A DNA stretch of 64,000 nt from Fidelibacterota bacterium (GTDB lineage Bacteria; Fidelibacterota; Marinisomatia; SCGC-AAA003-L08; GCA-002704045). The DNA lies in assembly GCA_002703375.1 (NCBI GenBank), contig NZTO01000049.1:38901-102900 (forward strand), given 5' to 3'. Numbering within the stretch: the first letter of the stretch is position 1; every line of letters starts with the position of its first letter. A program made the translations under genes and the position numbers. Positions 29,903 through 40,501 of this stretch are shown here, in pieces. Below the pieces are notes generated by a model. That model had not been told where the DNA came from, searched no databases, and saw nothing but the letters and a program-made list of their open reading frames with translations.

Positions 29903-31489
29903 TTATTCATAGGATTGTAAAATTCGTGCTGATGGATCCTTAATATTGCCACACCATTTAGGTAGCCATAAATAAGGTATTGTTTCTTCAAATCCACCAT
30001 AATTATTCGAGAAAATCTCTCGATAATATAAACTTTCTTTTAAATATGGTACATTGTGAACACATTTTTTAATTCCCTTGTAAAATTCCGCGTCTGATAT
30101 TTGTTTATCAACTTTCCTTTGAATAATCGAATACCAAGATTCACTCTTTGAAGATACTCCATCGGAAAATGCCTCTTTCGTTCTCCAGACAATGCTACTT
30201 GGTAAATCATGTTCAAATGCAACCCGCAAAAGAAACTTTTCTACTCCATTCCATCTCGCCGGTATTTTTAATTCCGGATCTATGGACATGTAATAATCTA
30301 TAAATTCCTTATCTAAAAATGGAACACGACATTCTAATCCCCATGACGCTATTGATTTCTCCCCGCGCAATACATCAAAATAGTTCAAATCCTTCAACAA
30401 TCGAATCGTCTCCTCGTAAAAACTCTCTTCACTTGGTGCATTTCTAAAATATAGATAACTCCCGGATGCTTCATCACTTCCTTCTCCACTAAATAACACC
30501 TTAATATCAAAGTTCTCTTTTATATATTTCGTAAGTAAAAACATCGGGATACTCGCTCTAACCGTTGTTGTATCATACGATTCAATATGGTATATAACAC
30601 TGTCTATCGCATTAAACATATAATCCTCATCTAATATTAATTCATAATGTTCAGTGTTAAGATGCTCGGCAACTATTCTCGCATACTTTAAATCTTCACT
30701 CCCCCTCAACCCTACAGAAAACGTCTTCAATGTATCTCCCTTGTTATATTTTGTTAAAATCGCTGCAATAATACTACTATCTAACCCACCCGAAAGCAAA
30801 CAACCAAACGGTCGTTCCGTTAATAACCTTCTCTGTACTGACGCCTCCAATTTTTCACGGATTTTTATTACTACATCAACATGAACCTCCAATATTGTCT
30901 TATATTCATAATTATAAAATCTCTTTTTTATACCACCTAATTCCATATAGCAACCCGGCTCAAACTGCTCCGCCTCCAAACATAATTTATTTAAACACTT
31001 TAACTCACTACCTATAACTACCTCATCTTTGTCCGTTCTCCCTATATATAACGACCTTACTCCAAAAGGATCCCTCGCAACATACTTTTTATCCTTCTCT
31101 AGATCTATCAATATAAAAGCATAATCCCCATTTAATCTATGTAGCGTCTCCTCTATTCCATATTTTACATAAAGATGAATAATAATCTCACTGTCACTTT
31201 TCGAATACACCGAAAAATTCTCCTCCTTCATTATATCATCATAATTAAATATCTCTCCATTACACAACAAAATAATGTTTGGATACATCTCTAAATTTAT
31301 TGGTTGACTACCTTTATCCGTTAAATCATTTATACAAAGACGATGAAACATTAAATACATAGAATCTATTACTAACTCTTTTGTATTATCCGGCCCTCTA
31401 TGTTGAATCTTATTTCCCTCCGCAAATAATGTATCACGTAATTCTTGTGTAATTGTACCAGAACCAAAAAAACCAAATATACCACACAT
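29903..31489 (-). CDS. asnB: Asparagine synthetase B (glutamine-hydrolysing)
   Basis: MCGIFG, HRGPD, NGEIFN, LLSGGLDSS, SGEGSDE, RVPFLD. Confidence 0.95.
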   Translation of the reverse strand: MCGIFGFFGSGTITQELRDTLFAEGNKIQHRGPDNTKELVIDSMYLMFHRLCINDLTDKGSQPINLEMYPNIILLCNGEIFNYDDIMKEENFSVYSKSDSEIIIHLYVKYGIEETLHRLNGDYAFILIDLEKDKKYVARDPFGVRSLYIGRTDKDEVVIGSELKCLNKLCLEAEQFEPGCYMELGGIKKRFYNYEYKTILEVHVDVVIKIREKLEASVQRRLLTERPFGCLLSGGLDSSIIAAILTKYNKGDTLKTFSVGLRGSEDLKYARIVAEHLNTEHYELILDEDYMFNAIDSVIYHIESYDTTTVRASIPMFLLTKYIKENFDIKVLFSGEGSDEASGSYLYFRNAPSEESFYEETIRLLKDLNYFDVLRGEKSIASWGLECRVPFLDKEFIDYYMSIDPELKIPARWNGVEKFLLRVAFEHDLPSSIVWRTKEAFSDGVSSKSESWYSIIQRKVDKQISDAEFYKGIKKCVHNVPYLKESLYYREIFSNNYGGFEETIPYLWLPKWCGNIKDPSARILQSYE

Positions 31490-31657
31490 TAACTATCTAT
31501 ATTGTTATATTTTTATATGCATAAAACAATATCATTTATAAAAAAGAATGTAACAACGAAGAATTAAAAAATGAATGGAGAATAATTATGACTTCAAAAT
31601 ACCCCTCTGATTGTAATTATATAATAAATGAACCCGAAAACAATTTGGAATTTTAAC

Positions 31658-32119
31658 TTAAATGTTTTCCTTACATTTTTTTATTGTTATTTTCCCATTA
31701 CCTGAAGGATCGCTACTAGATGAATAGATTAATTCTGTAAAAGGAACTTCATTTTTCCATTCCAAATAAAATTTGGACCATATTTTCTCACCAAATATAT
31801 TTATCACGATATATACACGGTAATCTTCATAATATTTATAGTTAAAACGACCGTCATCATCTGGAAAACACTGTCTACTGATTTCAATCATCATTTGTTC
31901 GTTCTCAATTTTAATAACTTTTGGTTTATTATCTATAAAGTACCTACTGATTTCAACCTTCATTCGATCATTATCAACAATTGCGGGTTTAGGTTCAAAT
32001 GACCGTGAATCTTTTAAACCTGGTTCTTTATCAAAATATTTTGAAATGAGTTCTTTTGATATATAAAGTATATGCTCACTGGCTTCCCTTTTAAATTCTG
32101 CGCTCAGTCGTGGTGTCAT
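31658..32119 (-). CDS. Hypothetical early protein
   Basis: Start MTPRLS lies 38 nt below an AAAATTGA; short internal duplication MKVEISR/MMIEISR. Confidence 0.6.
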   Translation of the reverse strand: MTPRLSAEFKREASEHILYISKELISKYFDKEPGLKDSRSFEPKPAIVDNDRMKVEISRYFIDNKPKVIKIENEQMMIEISRQCFPDDDGRFNYKYYEDYRVYIVINIFGEKIWSKFYLEWKNEVPFTELIYSSSSDPSGNGKITIKKCKENI

Positions 32120-32157
32120 AATAGTATGTATACATAAATAATGTGATATATTTAAAT

Positions 32158-32165
32158 TCAATTTT
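32158..32165 (-). promoter_or_regulatory. AAAATTGA early promoter
   Basis: 38 nt upstream of the ATG at 32119. Confidence 0.7.
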
Positions 32166-32277
32166 TAAATATATAGGTGTGTATCTTTACACGTAAATAG
32201 GTCATAAACTTAATTTTAATTTTTTAATAAAATCTCTCTAACTTTCTTTTACAAACCTAAAAATATAATAAATAAAA

Positions 32278-32285
32278 AAAATTGA
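32278..32285 (+). promoter_or_regulatory. AAAATTGA early promoter
   Basis: 38 nt upstream of the ATG at 32324. Confidence 0.7.
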
Positions 32286-32323
32286 ATCGATTTGAATACT
32301 TATATGATACGTATTCAAATAAT

Positions 32324-32494
32324 ATGACTTCAAAAGGACCTGAAGAATGTAAACATGACAATCGCAGCATAACATATGAGAGCGGCGCCAAATACGAGGG
32401 TGACTTGAAGGATGATAAGAGGCATGGCAAGGGCACCTGCACTTGGGCGGACGGCGGCAAGTACGAGGGGATAATTTACCAAAGATATACATGA
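32324..32494 (+). pseudogene. Truncated MORN-repeat gene
   Basis: YESGAKYEGDLKDDKRHGKGTCTWADGGKYEG is about 1.5 MORN repeats; the ORF then runs into the convergent gene. Confidence 0.7.
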
Positions 32495-32781
32495 CTTAAT
32501 ATCTTTGGATTGTAATATCCATCACTCTTTCGCTTTTCCTTGCGAATCGCCGCTGCACGACTCTTTACTCCCGAATGTCTCATGAAATAACGCTGCATCC
32601 TTTTACGTGTTCCGTGATCACGACCTTTGTATAATTTTAACGGAGTTCTATCCTTGTATTGTTGATAATCCTTGTGTCCAAAATGTATCTTTCTAACCGT
32701 TTTATTCTTTTTATCTCGCACATAGGCTGTATACTTTTTTTTCCGTGGACCACGCTCAAATTTTACAATACTTTCCTTCAT
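32476..32781 (-). CDS. Small basic conserved viral protein (DUF5754-like, from memory)
   Basis: KKYTA, IHFG..DYQQYKD, RYFMRH, LSHVYLW. Confidence 0.7.
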   Translation of the reverse strand: MKESIVKFERGPRKKKYTAYVRDKKNKTVRKIHFGHKDYQQYKDRTPLKLYKGRDHGTRKRMQRYFMRHSGVKSRAAAIRKEKRKSDGYYNPKILSHVYLW

Positions 32782-32941
32782 TAATATATACACATATTTA
32801 TTTAGTAAAATTAATTTGTTTAATTATACTAAATGAAAAAAAAAATAAATTTAAAATTAAATGAAAAAACCTTTCAAGGTTTATTGGGAGCATTCACTAT
32901 TTTCTTTTTAATAATAGTATTCACTCTATAACATAATAATT

Positions 32942-34207
32942 TTATTCTATATTATCCAAAATTTCCTCGACCACCTCTTTAACTTCCGTTTCCTCTTTTG
33001 GTTCTAATTCTGCTTTCTTTGGACGATTCTTATAATTCAACACAAACATCTGCTGCGATTCATGTAAACTGTTAAAATACTCAAATACTCGCGTTAGTGT
33101 CATCGTTTGTCTATCTTTTAAAAAGATCTTATGCAAACTAAACATATGAATTCGATACTCATTCGGCCAATCCTTTACAGGCTTCTGCTTTTTTACGTAA
33201 CATCCCACATAACTCTTCCACAAATTATGAACATAAGATGTAATCTCGTTCTTATAAGATAAATATTTATCCGCATCTAGCGGAAAATACTTCAAATATT
33301 CCGTGATTTTTTTGTGTTTTCGAAGTGTTAAATACTGATATTTTGGTTTAATTTGATTACCCCTTAAACTTTTTAAATATTCATAATTAGAACAACGAAT
33401 CTTCCAACGACAACCATCATCAGCCTTAATTACAACTCCTGGCATACAAGACATTCTATCAAAATCAAACTGATTATACCTAACCCAAGGATGAAATTCT
33501 TTTTTAAACCACTCTGTGAAAGGTTTTTCTTCATCGTTATTATTAGAATAGTGCTCTGTAAACTTACAACACGAAAGAGCCTTGATATCTAACATTTCAT
33601 CATCCGTAAGAATAGTTATAAGCGTTCCACCCTCCGACAACCGCTCGATATTATAGACTTCGACACAATATAAAGCCGGGGTTTTGTGTTGATTGATGAT
33701 TAAATTTTCAGGATGTTGCATTACAAAACTATAACTATACTTTTTAGGCAAATCATCAAATTCCAAATTACAAGAAAGACACGCCTCCAAAAACATCTCA
33801 CGAAAAGTTTTAACACCGGGTTCTTGAACATACGTCGCTCTACCGCCAATATTACTACGGGTTGCCATTTCCCACTTTTCATTAAATACATCATAAAACA
33901 AATTAATCATTGTTCCCTCTATCATCTCTTCAATTTGAAGACCACCCTCCGGTAATTGAACTCCTTCTAAATCTTTAGTATTAATCTTAGTAGATTTAAA
34001 TGGAGAACATGCAACAATATAATCATTTTTGTCTACTACCAAAGAACGATATCTTCCATACTTTGTAAAATCTGATACTTTTTCCTTTTTGTATCTTAAA
34101 ATAAAATGATTTTCATCCTTTTTATTTCTGTACACTTTCATAGAATCGTCCATTTTAAGACGACTAATATCATCTTTGCTTATAGTTATAAGTGTCATGT
34201 GATACAA
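32942..34207 (-). CDS. T4 RNA ligase 1-like nucleotidyltransferase-fold protein
   Basis: RSLVV, SPFK, EEMIEGTMI (motif I region), ATRS, GVVIK (motif IV), WKIR (motif V). Confidence 0.6.
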   Translation of the reverse strand: MYHMTLITISKDDISRLKMDDSMKVYRNKKDENHFILRYKKEKVSDFTKYGRYRSLVVDKNDYIVACSPFKSTKINTKDLEGVQLPEGGLQIEEMIEGTMINLFYDVFNEKWEMATRSNIGGRATYVQEPGVKTFREMFLEACLSCNLEFDDLPKKYSYSFVMQHPENLIINQHKTPALYCVEVYNIERLSEGGTLITILTDDEMLDIKALSCCKFTEHYSNNNDEEKPFTEWFKKEFHPWVRYNQFDFDRMSCMPGVVIKADDGCRWKIRCSNYEYLKSLRGNQIKPKYQYLTLRKHKKITEYLKYFPLDADKYLSYKNEITSYVHNLWKSYVGCYVKKQKPVKDWPNEYRIHMFSLHKIFLKDRQTMTLTRVFEYFNSLHESQQMFVLNYKNRPKKAELEPKEETEVKEVVEEILDNIE

Positions 34208-34284
34208 AAATATAAGTGAATCTCTTTAACTAATTTATAAAATGTTTAATGATAATTTATTTATTTCTACCTTAAATATAAGAT

Positions 34285-37200
34285 ATGTCGGAGAGTTCAA
34301 TACAAATCCAATTAAATGATATAATTCAAATAAATTCACCAGAAAATCCAGTTTTTCATAATAAAATCTTCATTGTTATCTATGCAAGTGAAAGTAAGAT
34401 CAAGATAATAGATTCTCCTGTAAATTTTTTAGAAACGAAGGAAGATTCTTTTCAAGAATTTAATTTACCAATCGAAGATGGTAATTTATTAGATCCAACC
34501 ATAGAAAGTATTGACTTATTAAGTAGAGATGATAATCCTGGATTTGCGATGCAAAATAATTTAACCCCGAACACATGGATTGATATAACTTTTAGCGAAG
34601 AAATACCATCTATCATTACTGGAGAGATTACTAATTTAGAAGAAGATATGATTGAAATAAAAATATATCCTTCCAATAAGGTTATTTACATTGATTTTAA
34701 ATATCAGGGTATACCCGATGATTTACCTATAAAAAGTATTTTAATCCGCGAAAAACCAAAAGAAACAATACTTGATACTACATCAAGGGCTGAATTGGGA
34801 GTATCGCAGCAGGAAGGTGTTAATCTGGATGAGGAAGAGGAAAAGGCCAAAGGAGAAGATGACAAGAGTGAGGAGGGTGACGAGAGTAATGAAATAGAAC
34901 CGGAAGAATCAAAAATAGTATTGGTCGAGTTGGATCAAGTAATATTAGAAGGAGATGCAATACAATTTGGTGAAGAACTTGGAGAGATTTATCAAGAAGT
35001 CACCGTAGACGAGGCAAATAAAAGATATTCAATAGACAGCCAAACAAATGATTTGATGGATGATATGATTTCCAGAATACCTACTAGAGAGAGAACACCA
35101 GAAGTTCTTAACTATTTACATTTGCAAATAAATCGTTTCATAGAACTACGTAAGGAGTTTTCCAAGTTCGATGAAAATGGAAATGCAAATATGCCAAATT
35201 ATAAAGGAGTTAATAATAAACCACTTATCACAGAACTGAAAGATTTCAAAAAGAAGATACCATGGTTAATACCAGTCGCTAAAAATAAGAGAAAGATATA
35301 TCACGGTGAAACAAATGAAACGTCTATTACCGGGGAAAAAATATACGCCCCTCTAACGGATGAAGAATATAATGAAATGGACATACAAAATAAATTAATA
35401 TCAGATGAAAATTTAAATGAAAATAATTATTTAAAACAATACCGTAATGACAAACAAAACACATTTAATTATAATGAACAACGCTATAAAACATTAGTTA
35501 AAAGGGTAACTAGTTTATACACACCATTTAATAAAACCGAAAATAATCATGATATTATATACGAAGCAGAAGTACAATCTTTGTTAAATGTTTTAATAAA
35601 CAATCAGGAAGATTACGATTCATTTGCCGTAAAAGATATGAATATTAAAAAAACTAAATTTCTTATGCAAAATTATGTTCCATCTATAGACCTAATTAGA
35701 ATGGATGCATTGAATAATACATATAAAGTAAGTATATCTAATAAGGATACATTGCAACTATTATCTTTTATGATGTTACCAAAAAATGTAATGAAATACT
35801 CAAAGGCCTTTTTACATGAATCCAATATCCTAGAAAAAATGGAATTAAATTCAAATCCATTTTATTACTATAAATTATTAAATAAACATACCGCACCAAA
35901 TACAATAGATATTAATAGTTTTGAAAATAAAAAAAATTACGATAAAGTAAAATTCTTATCTACCATAACAGAATTTACATTAGATTCATCCATACAAGAT
36001 GAAGATAAATACGATAAATTTTTGAACACTATTGTTCCAAAAATAAAAGACCTATTTTTATACACAAAAAATTTTATCGATGGATATTCCGTAAGAGCAA
36101 TTATAAAAGAAATGGAACCATTCCACGTTTATGGTGAAGACATAACATATCGACAATACGAAGAGTTTAGAACATTTTTAAAACTACAAATCATTGAATA
36201 TAAAAAAAATTTTGTGCAAAAATCCAAGGATTTCAAAAAAATACACCCTCGAAACGATAAACAAGAAGTACATCCTTTACCATTAGCCGTTAGTAACATA
36301 AAACACCCGCTTAATGATAAACTAATGGATTCATATGTATACGAAGAATTATATAATGTCACTACAAATAAAGATTCGACCGCTGAAATCATAAAAAAAT
36401 TAATGATAGATAGTTTTCAAATGGCCAGTAATTCAAATACTTATGGAAACTTGGAATTATTTGGTATAATAGATATCGAAACCGAAATTAAATCTCTCGA
36501 GAATCAATTCTTGGAAGAAAAAAAAGAAGAGGAAGCAAAGGATGATTGCGGTGTGTTCGTTCTTGGGAAAAAGTACGAAGATTATGATGAATTACTGGAA
36601 GATAATGATCGAGATATATATTTCGATAAAAGTTATGATACAACAATATACGACATAATAGATAATTACAAAGAACAACAACAAACTATGGATAAAGATC
36701 AATTTAACATATTCTTAATTGAAGAATTGAAAAAAAATATCGGTCTTTCGGCAGAAAAAGCGAGAGATGATGCCGAGGCTATGATATTAGGTAAACGCCC
36801 GGTAAAAGAAGGGAATTATGCAATGTTAATAAATAGGGGCGATTCAGAGGATGAAAACGATCAATCCTTTTTCCGCCGAGTAAATAATAAATGGGAAAGA
36901 GACGAAGCAATGAAAGGAATATATGCAGATAATCAAAAAATATTCTGTAATATGAAATCCACCTGCTTCCAAATAAATAATGTTTGTAGTTCTAATGAAA
37001 CCGCAGAAAATGAACTAAAGCAAAATGCAATTAAGTACATATTAAATGAATTTGATAAAAGACTAGAATTGGGTATTGATGAAATAACAGATAAAATTAA
37101 AAGAAACATACAAGAAAATGAAAGAATGCTAAAAGCCAAAATACAAATAGAAAAATTTCATTTGCTTAAACATAATAATTTCAAATTTATGCTCGGTGGT

Positions 37201-40200
37201 AATGTAGAAGACATACAAATAAAACAATCCCCATATGAAAAACTTAAAAACTTAATACTGGGTCATAATAATTTCTCCGAAAAACAAAACTATATTTTGA
37301 TATTCTGCAATAAATTTACAAGAGAAAACATTCATGGTGAAAACAATTACTGGTTATACTGTAAGGATTCAAATATAAAATTACTGCCTATATTTTTACA
37401 TAAATTAGCAGTGGCTTATTTTGATGGTACTTATGATTCAAAAATAGAAGAGATATGTAAAAATCAAGGAGAAATAAGTGACGATGAATCTTATTGGGTT
37501 GACCGTCATAGTGGATATTACATAAAAAATATAAGTTACAGCACAGATATGGGTTATGATGAAAGTGGATACGCAATAAAAACTAGCGATATTTTAGAGG
37601 ATGAAAAAGAAATTCTCTTAGACAGCCCAAAACAGGATATAGACCCCATAAATATCAGTATTGACAACATAATAAATGCAATATCAAGTAATACAAGAAT
37701 ATTTATAGAAGGATATCGCGATTTTATAAAAAAGCATGTTAGTGCTTTACTTCCTAAAATAATAAATGAAACCATCTATGAAAAACTAAAGGTCCTCGCA
37801 GAAAAAAAGAATAAAAAAATTCAATCCTATGAGTTATCTGTCAATAAATCACTTATGATTCTAACCTTATCATTTATACACATATCTATCCAGATTTCAA
37901 TTCCACCGGTTTTGACCAGAAATTCTTTTCCAGGATGTGTCAAATCCTTTTCCGGATATCCTTTAGATGGAGACAGCGATTACGGAGGTATAGAATATAT
38001 AGCATGCGTTGCATCTAAAATGAAAAGTTCCAGTTCCCCATGGAATGGTATAAATAAAATGAAAGAAGTTGTTATTACTAGAGAAATTAAAAATTCTATT
38101 GAGAAATACATTATTAATTTACCAACTGTAATATCAAAATTAGAAGAAAAAACAGAATACCTATCAAAACCAGAGAATCAAGAAATACCCGTAAGTGTGA
38201 ATTTTAAAAAATGGATAAATTTCCTCCCACCTCTACAATCGGTACAAATACCCCGAGTAGATAATATAAGTAATGCATTTATACAATCATTCAAAGAAAA
38301 TATGAGAAAGGGCTCAGAAAAACAACACGAACAATATTTAACCTTATACTCAAAAGCAAAAATGCTTACCATGGAAATTATCAAATTTATACAAAATATT
38401 ATCAATTCAAAATCACCCGTACTTACCAATAATTTACTAGAACCCTTTTTAGAAAATGCTTGTTGTAATGATGGATTAGTTCAAGCCTATAATTATTTTA
38501 TAAACGAAAATAAATCTATTCATGACAATAATACACAGATTCTATTCATAGAAAATATACTATACGATTATAATAATTTTTACACGGCACCAATGATGTT
38601 AGATTTAACGAACACAAAAATGTCAATAGTTAATACAAGTGAATATACGGAAGAATTGATATACAAAACATTTATACACTACGGTAATTTAAATAACGAA
38701 GACCCAATCCCTAAAGAATTGGAAATATTCTTCAGTGAAAAACCCGAAGAAATGAAGGACTATAAAAATTTAAAAGAACAAATAGAATTTTTGAAAGAAA
38801 ATGGTAAAAATTTTACGTATGAGAGTTTTATGGACCTACTTAAACTACTATCAAATAATATTCCTCCGGAATATTCTATTAAAACCACACATTATCAAAG
38901 ACTAGATGACCTTCTAAACTTTATTATAGATAATGAACAAAACATCCCCCCCCCCTTCACCAATGGCCTATTGAATTTATTGAAAAATCCGGAAAATAAA
39001 ATGACGGAAAATGACAATGAACTGCAAATGTTTAAAGAATATCTATATAAAAGTAGCACTGAATTAATGGAATCAATTCGATTGTTCCTAACTAGATATT
39101 CATCAACTACTAAAAAGAAAGTAAATGAAACCGTTGATTTTTTAATGAATTTAAATATTTGGAAACCGTTAAACGAAACGATTCCAAATAATGACCATGA
39201 TTACAGCAGAATATTTAGTTTCATGCATGATTTTGTAGATAAATTTTTTATCGTTTTCCCACAAATGATCAAAACAAATAATAAAAACACTAATATATCA
39301 ATACCAAACCATTGGAATATGACCTATTCCGGAAAGAAAAGCATAGAATCTTTGATAGAAATGTATTATTCAAAATTAAATAAGTACATGAATAATGAAA
39401 CTATCATATCACTCTTTCAATCTTTTCCAGATGAGATTGAACTCTACATAAAAATACTTGGAGAGATTCAATTCAAATTAGGAAATTTCATTGAAACTGG
39501 TTCCGATGTCATCTACGAATTTAAAACTTTTGACAAAAATCTTTGTGTATTGATTCATAAGTACGTTATTACTAGTTTAATATATGAGATGACTAATATA
39601 CCAGATGTTGAAAAATTTGAATTTAAACTAGGTAGAAAAGAGTTAGTAGAAACGACGACATCTGTTTCTTTAGAATCGGATTCGCTAAAATTAGAAGAAA
39701 TGGATTTCGAAGAAGATGTGCCAAATACAAATAAAGAGTTAATTGCAAATTATATTATAGATTCATGCTCTATATTTTCAATCACTAAAAAAAAAGTACT
39801 AAACTTTAGCCTGCAAGATATCAAAAAGAAAGTTAACGTCGAAAAAGAAAAGGAAAAACGTTACGAATTCACGGACAAATTAGCAAACATGGATAATGAA
39901 GAACGAGAATTAAATAACTTATTTAAAACTAGTAATCTGGGTGATTGGGGAAAAGGTAAGGAGAAGGGAATAACACAATATCAAAAAGATTTTTTTGATG
40001 CAGAAGTAAAAGATCGTGAGAAAAGAATAATGATTGAACGTAATTTAGCAAATAATCCAAATGTTACCGAAATGAATATAAATATTTTTGCCTTAGAATA
40101 CGAAGAAGAACAAGCCGCTGAGGAACAAATAGAACATGATGCATTTAATATGGAAGATATTCCAGATGATGGTGATGCCGGAGAAAATGACTATTTTGAA

Positions 40201-40218
40201 TATGATGGCGGAAAGTAA
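34285..40218 (+). CDS. Very large conserved hypothetical protein (1977 aa)
   Basis: Uninterrupted ORF; motifs CVKSFSGYP and LGDWGKG.EKG; no catalytic motif recognised. Confidence 0.85.
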   Translation: MSESSIQIQLNDIIQINSPENPVFHNKIFIVIYASESKIKIIDSPVNFLETKEDSFQEFNLPIEDGNLLDPTIESIDLLSRDDNPGFAMQNNLTPNTWIDITFSEEIPSIITGEITNLEEDMIEIKIYPSNKVIYIDFKYQGIPDDLPIKSILIREKPKETILDTTSRAELGVSQQEGVNLDEEEEKAKGEDDKSEEGDESNEIEPEESKIVLVELDQVILEGDAIQFGEELGEIYQEVTVDEANKRYSIDSQTNDLMDDMISRIPTRERTPEVLNYLHLQINRFIELRKEFSKFDENGNANMPNYKGVNNKPLITELKDFKKKIPWLIPVAKNKRKIYHGETNETSITGEKIYAPLTDEEYNEMDIQNKLISDENLNENNYLKQYRNDKQNTFNYNEQRYKTLVKRVTSLYTPFNKTENNHDIIYEAEVQSLLNVLINNQEDYDSFAVKDMNIKKTKFLMQNYVPSIDLIRMDALNNTYKVSISNKDTLQLLSFMMLPKNVMKYSKAFLHESNILEKMELNSNPFYYYKLLNKHTAPNTIDINSFENKKNYDKVKFLSTITEFTLDSSIQDEDKYDKFLNTIVPKIKDLFLYTKNFIDGYSVRAIIKEMEPFHVYGEDITYRQYEEFRTFLKLQIIEYKKNFVQKSKDFKKIHPRNDKQEVHPLPLAVSNIKHPLNDKLMDSYVYEELYNVTTNKDSTAEIIKKLMIDSFQMASNSNTYGNLELFGIIDIETEIKSLENQFLEEKKEEEAKDDCGVFVLGKKYEDYDELLEDNDRDIYFDKSYDTTIYDIIDNYKEQQQTMDKDQFNIFLIEELKKNIGLSAEKARDDAEAMILGKRPVKEGNYAMLINRGDSEDENDQSFFRRVNNKWERDEAMKGIYADNQKIFCNMKSTCFQINNVCSSNETAENELKQNAIKYILNEFDKRLELGIDEITDKIKRNIQENERMLKAKIQIEKFHLLKHNNFKFMLGGNVEDIQIKQSPYEKLKNLILGHNNFSEKQNYILIFCNKFTRENIHGENNYWLYCKDSNIKLLPIFLHKLAVAYFDGTYDSKIEEICKNQGEISDDESYWVDRHSGYYIKNISYSTDMGYDESGYAIKTSDILEDEKEILLDSPKQDIDPINISIDNIINAISSNTRIFIEGYRDFIKKHVSALLPKIINETIYEKLKVLAEKKNKKIQSYELSVNKSLMILTLSFIHISIQISIPPVLTRNSFPGCVKSFSGYPLDGDSDYGGIEYIACVASKMKSSSSPWNGINKMKEVVITREIKNSIEKYIINLPTVISKLEEKTEYLSKPENQEIPVSVNFKKWINFLPPLQSVQIPRVDNISNAFIQSFKENMRKGSEKQHEQYLTLYSKAKMLTMEIIKFIQNIINSKSPVLTNNLLEPFLENACCNDGLVQAYNYFINENKSIHDNNTQILFIENILYDYNNFYTAPMMLDLTNTKMSIVNTSEYTEELIYKTFIHYGNLNNEDPIPKELEIFFSEKPEEMKDYKNLKEQIEFLKENGKNFTYESFMDLLKLLSNNIPPEYSIKTTHYQRLDDLLNFIIDNEQNIPPPFTNGLLNLLKNPENKMTENDNELQMFKEYLYKSSTELMESIRLFLTRYSSTTKKKVNETVDFLMNLNIWKPLNETIPNNDHDYSRIFSFMHDFVDKFFIVFPQMIKTNNKNTNISIPNHWNMTYSGKKSIESLIEMYYSKLNKYMNNETIISLFQSFPDEIELYIKILGEIQFKLGNFIETGSDVIYEFKTFDKNLCVLIHKYVITSLIYEMTNIPDVEKFEFKLGRKELVETTTSVSLESDSLKLEEMDFEEDVPNTNKELIANYIIDSCSIFSITKKKVLNFSLQDIKKKVNVEKEKEKRYEFTDKLANMDNEERELNNLFKTSNLGDWGKGKEKGITQYQKDFFDAEVKDREKRIMIERNLANNPNVTEMNINIFALEYEEEQAAEEQIEHDAFNMEDIPDDGDAGENDYFEYDGGK

Positions 40219-40253
40219 TTATATATAAATTATATTTGATATATATATAATTA
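40216..40253 (+). terminator. Hairpin at the 3' end of the 1977-aa gene
   Basis: 12-bp stem TAATTATATATA/TATATATAATTA starting at the stop codon. Confidence 0.5.
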
Positions 40254-40501
40254 TGTTTACAAGAACATATGTAAGAAACAATGTATTAACAGTATCTCTA
40301 CTTTTGTTTATTGTTATATATTTTTCCATAAATATTTTAAAACCTAACTTTTTATACGATAAAGACAGTATTCTTAGAGATTTTGGTATTGGATATAGAA
40401 AAAAAACCGTACTACCATTATCTATTATTTCTATGATTTTAGCTATTTTATCTTATTTCATTGTTTTATATTACATTACCGTACCAAGAATTAGATATTG
40501 A
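40253..40501 (+). CDS. Small two-TM membrane protein
   Basis: KPNFLYDKD..LRDFGIGY..KTVLP flanked by hydrophobic helices. Confidence 0.75.
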   Translation: MFTRTYVRNNVLTVSLLLFIVIYFSINILKPNFLYDKDSILRDFGIGYRKKTVLPLSIISMILAILSYFIVLYYITVPRIRY

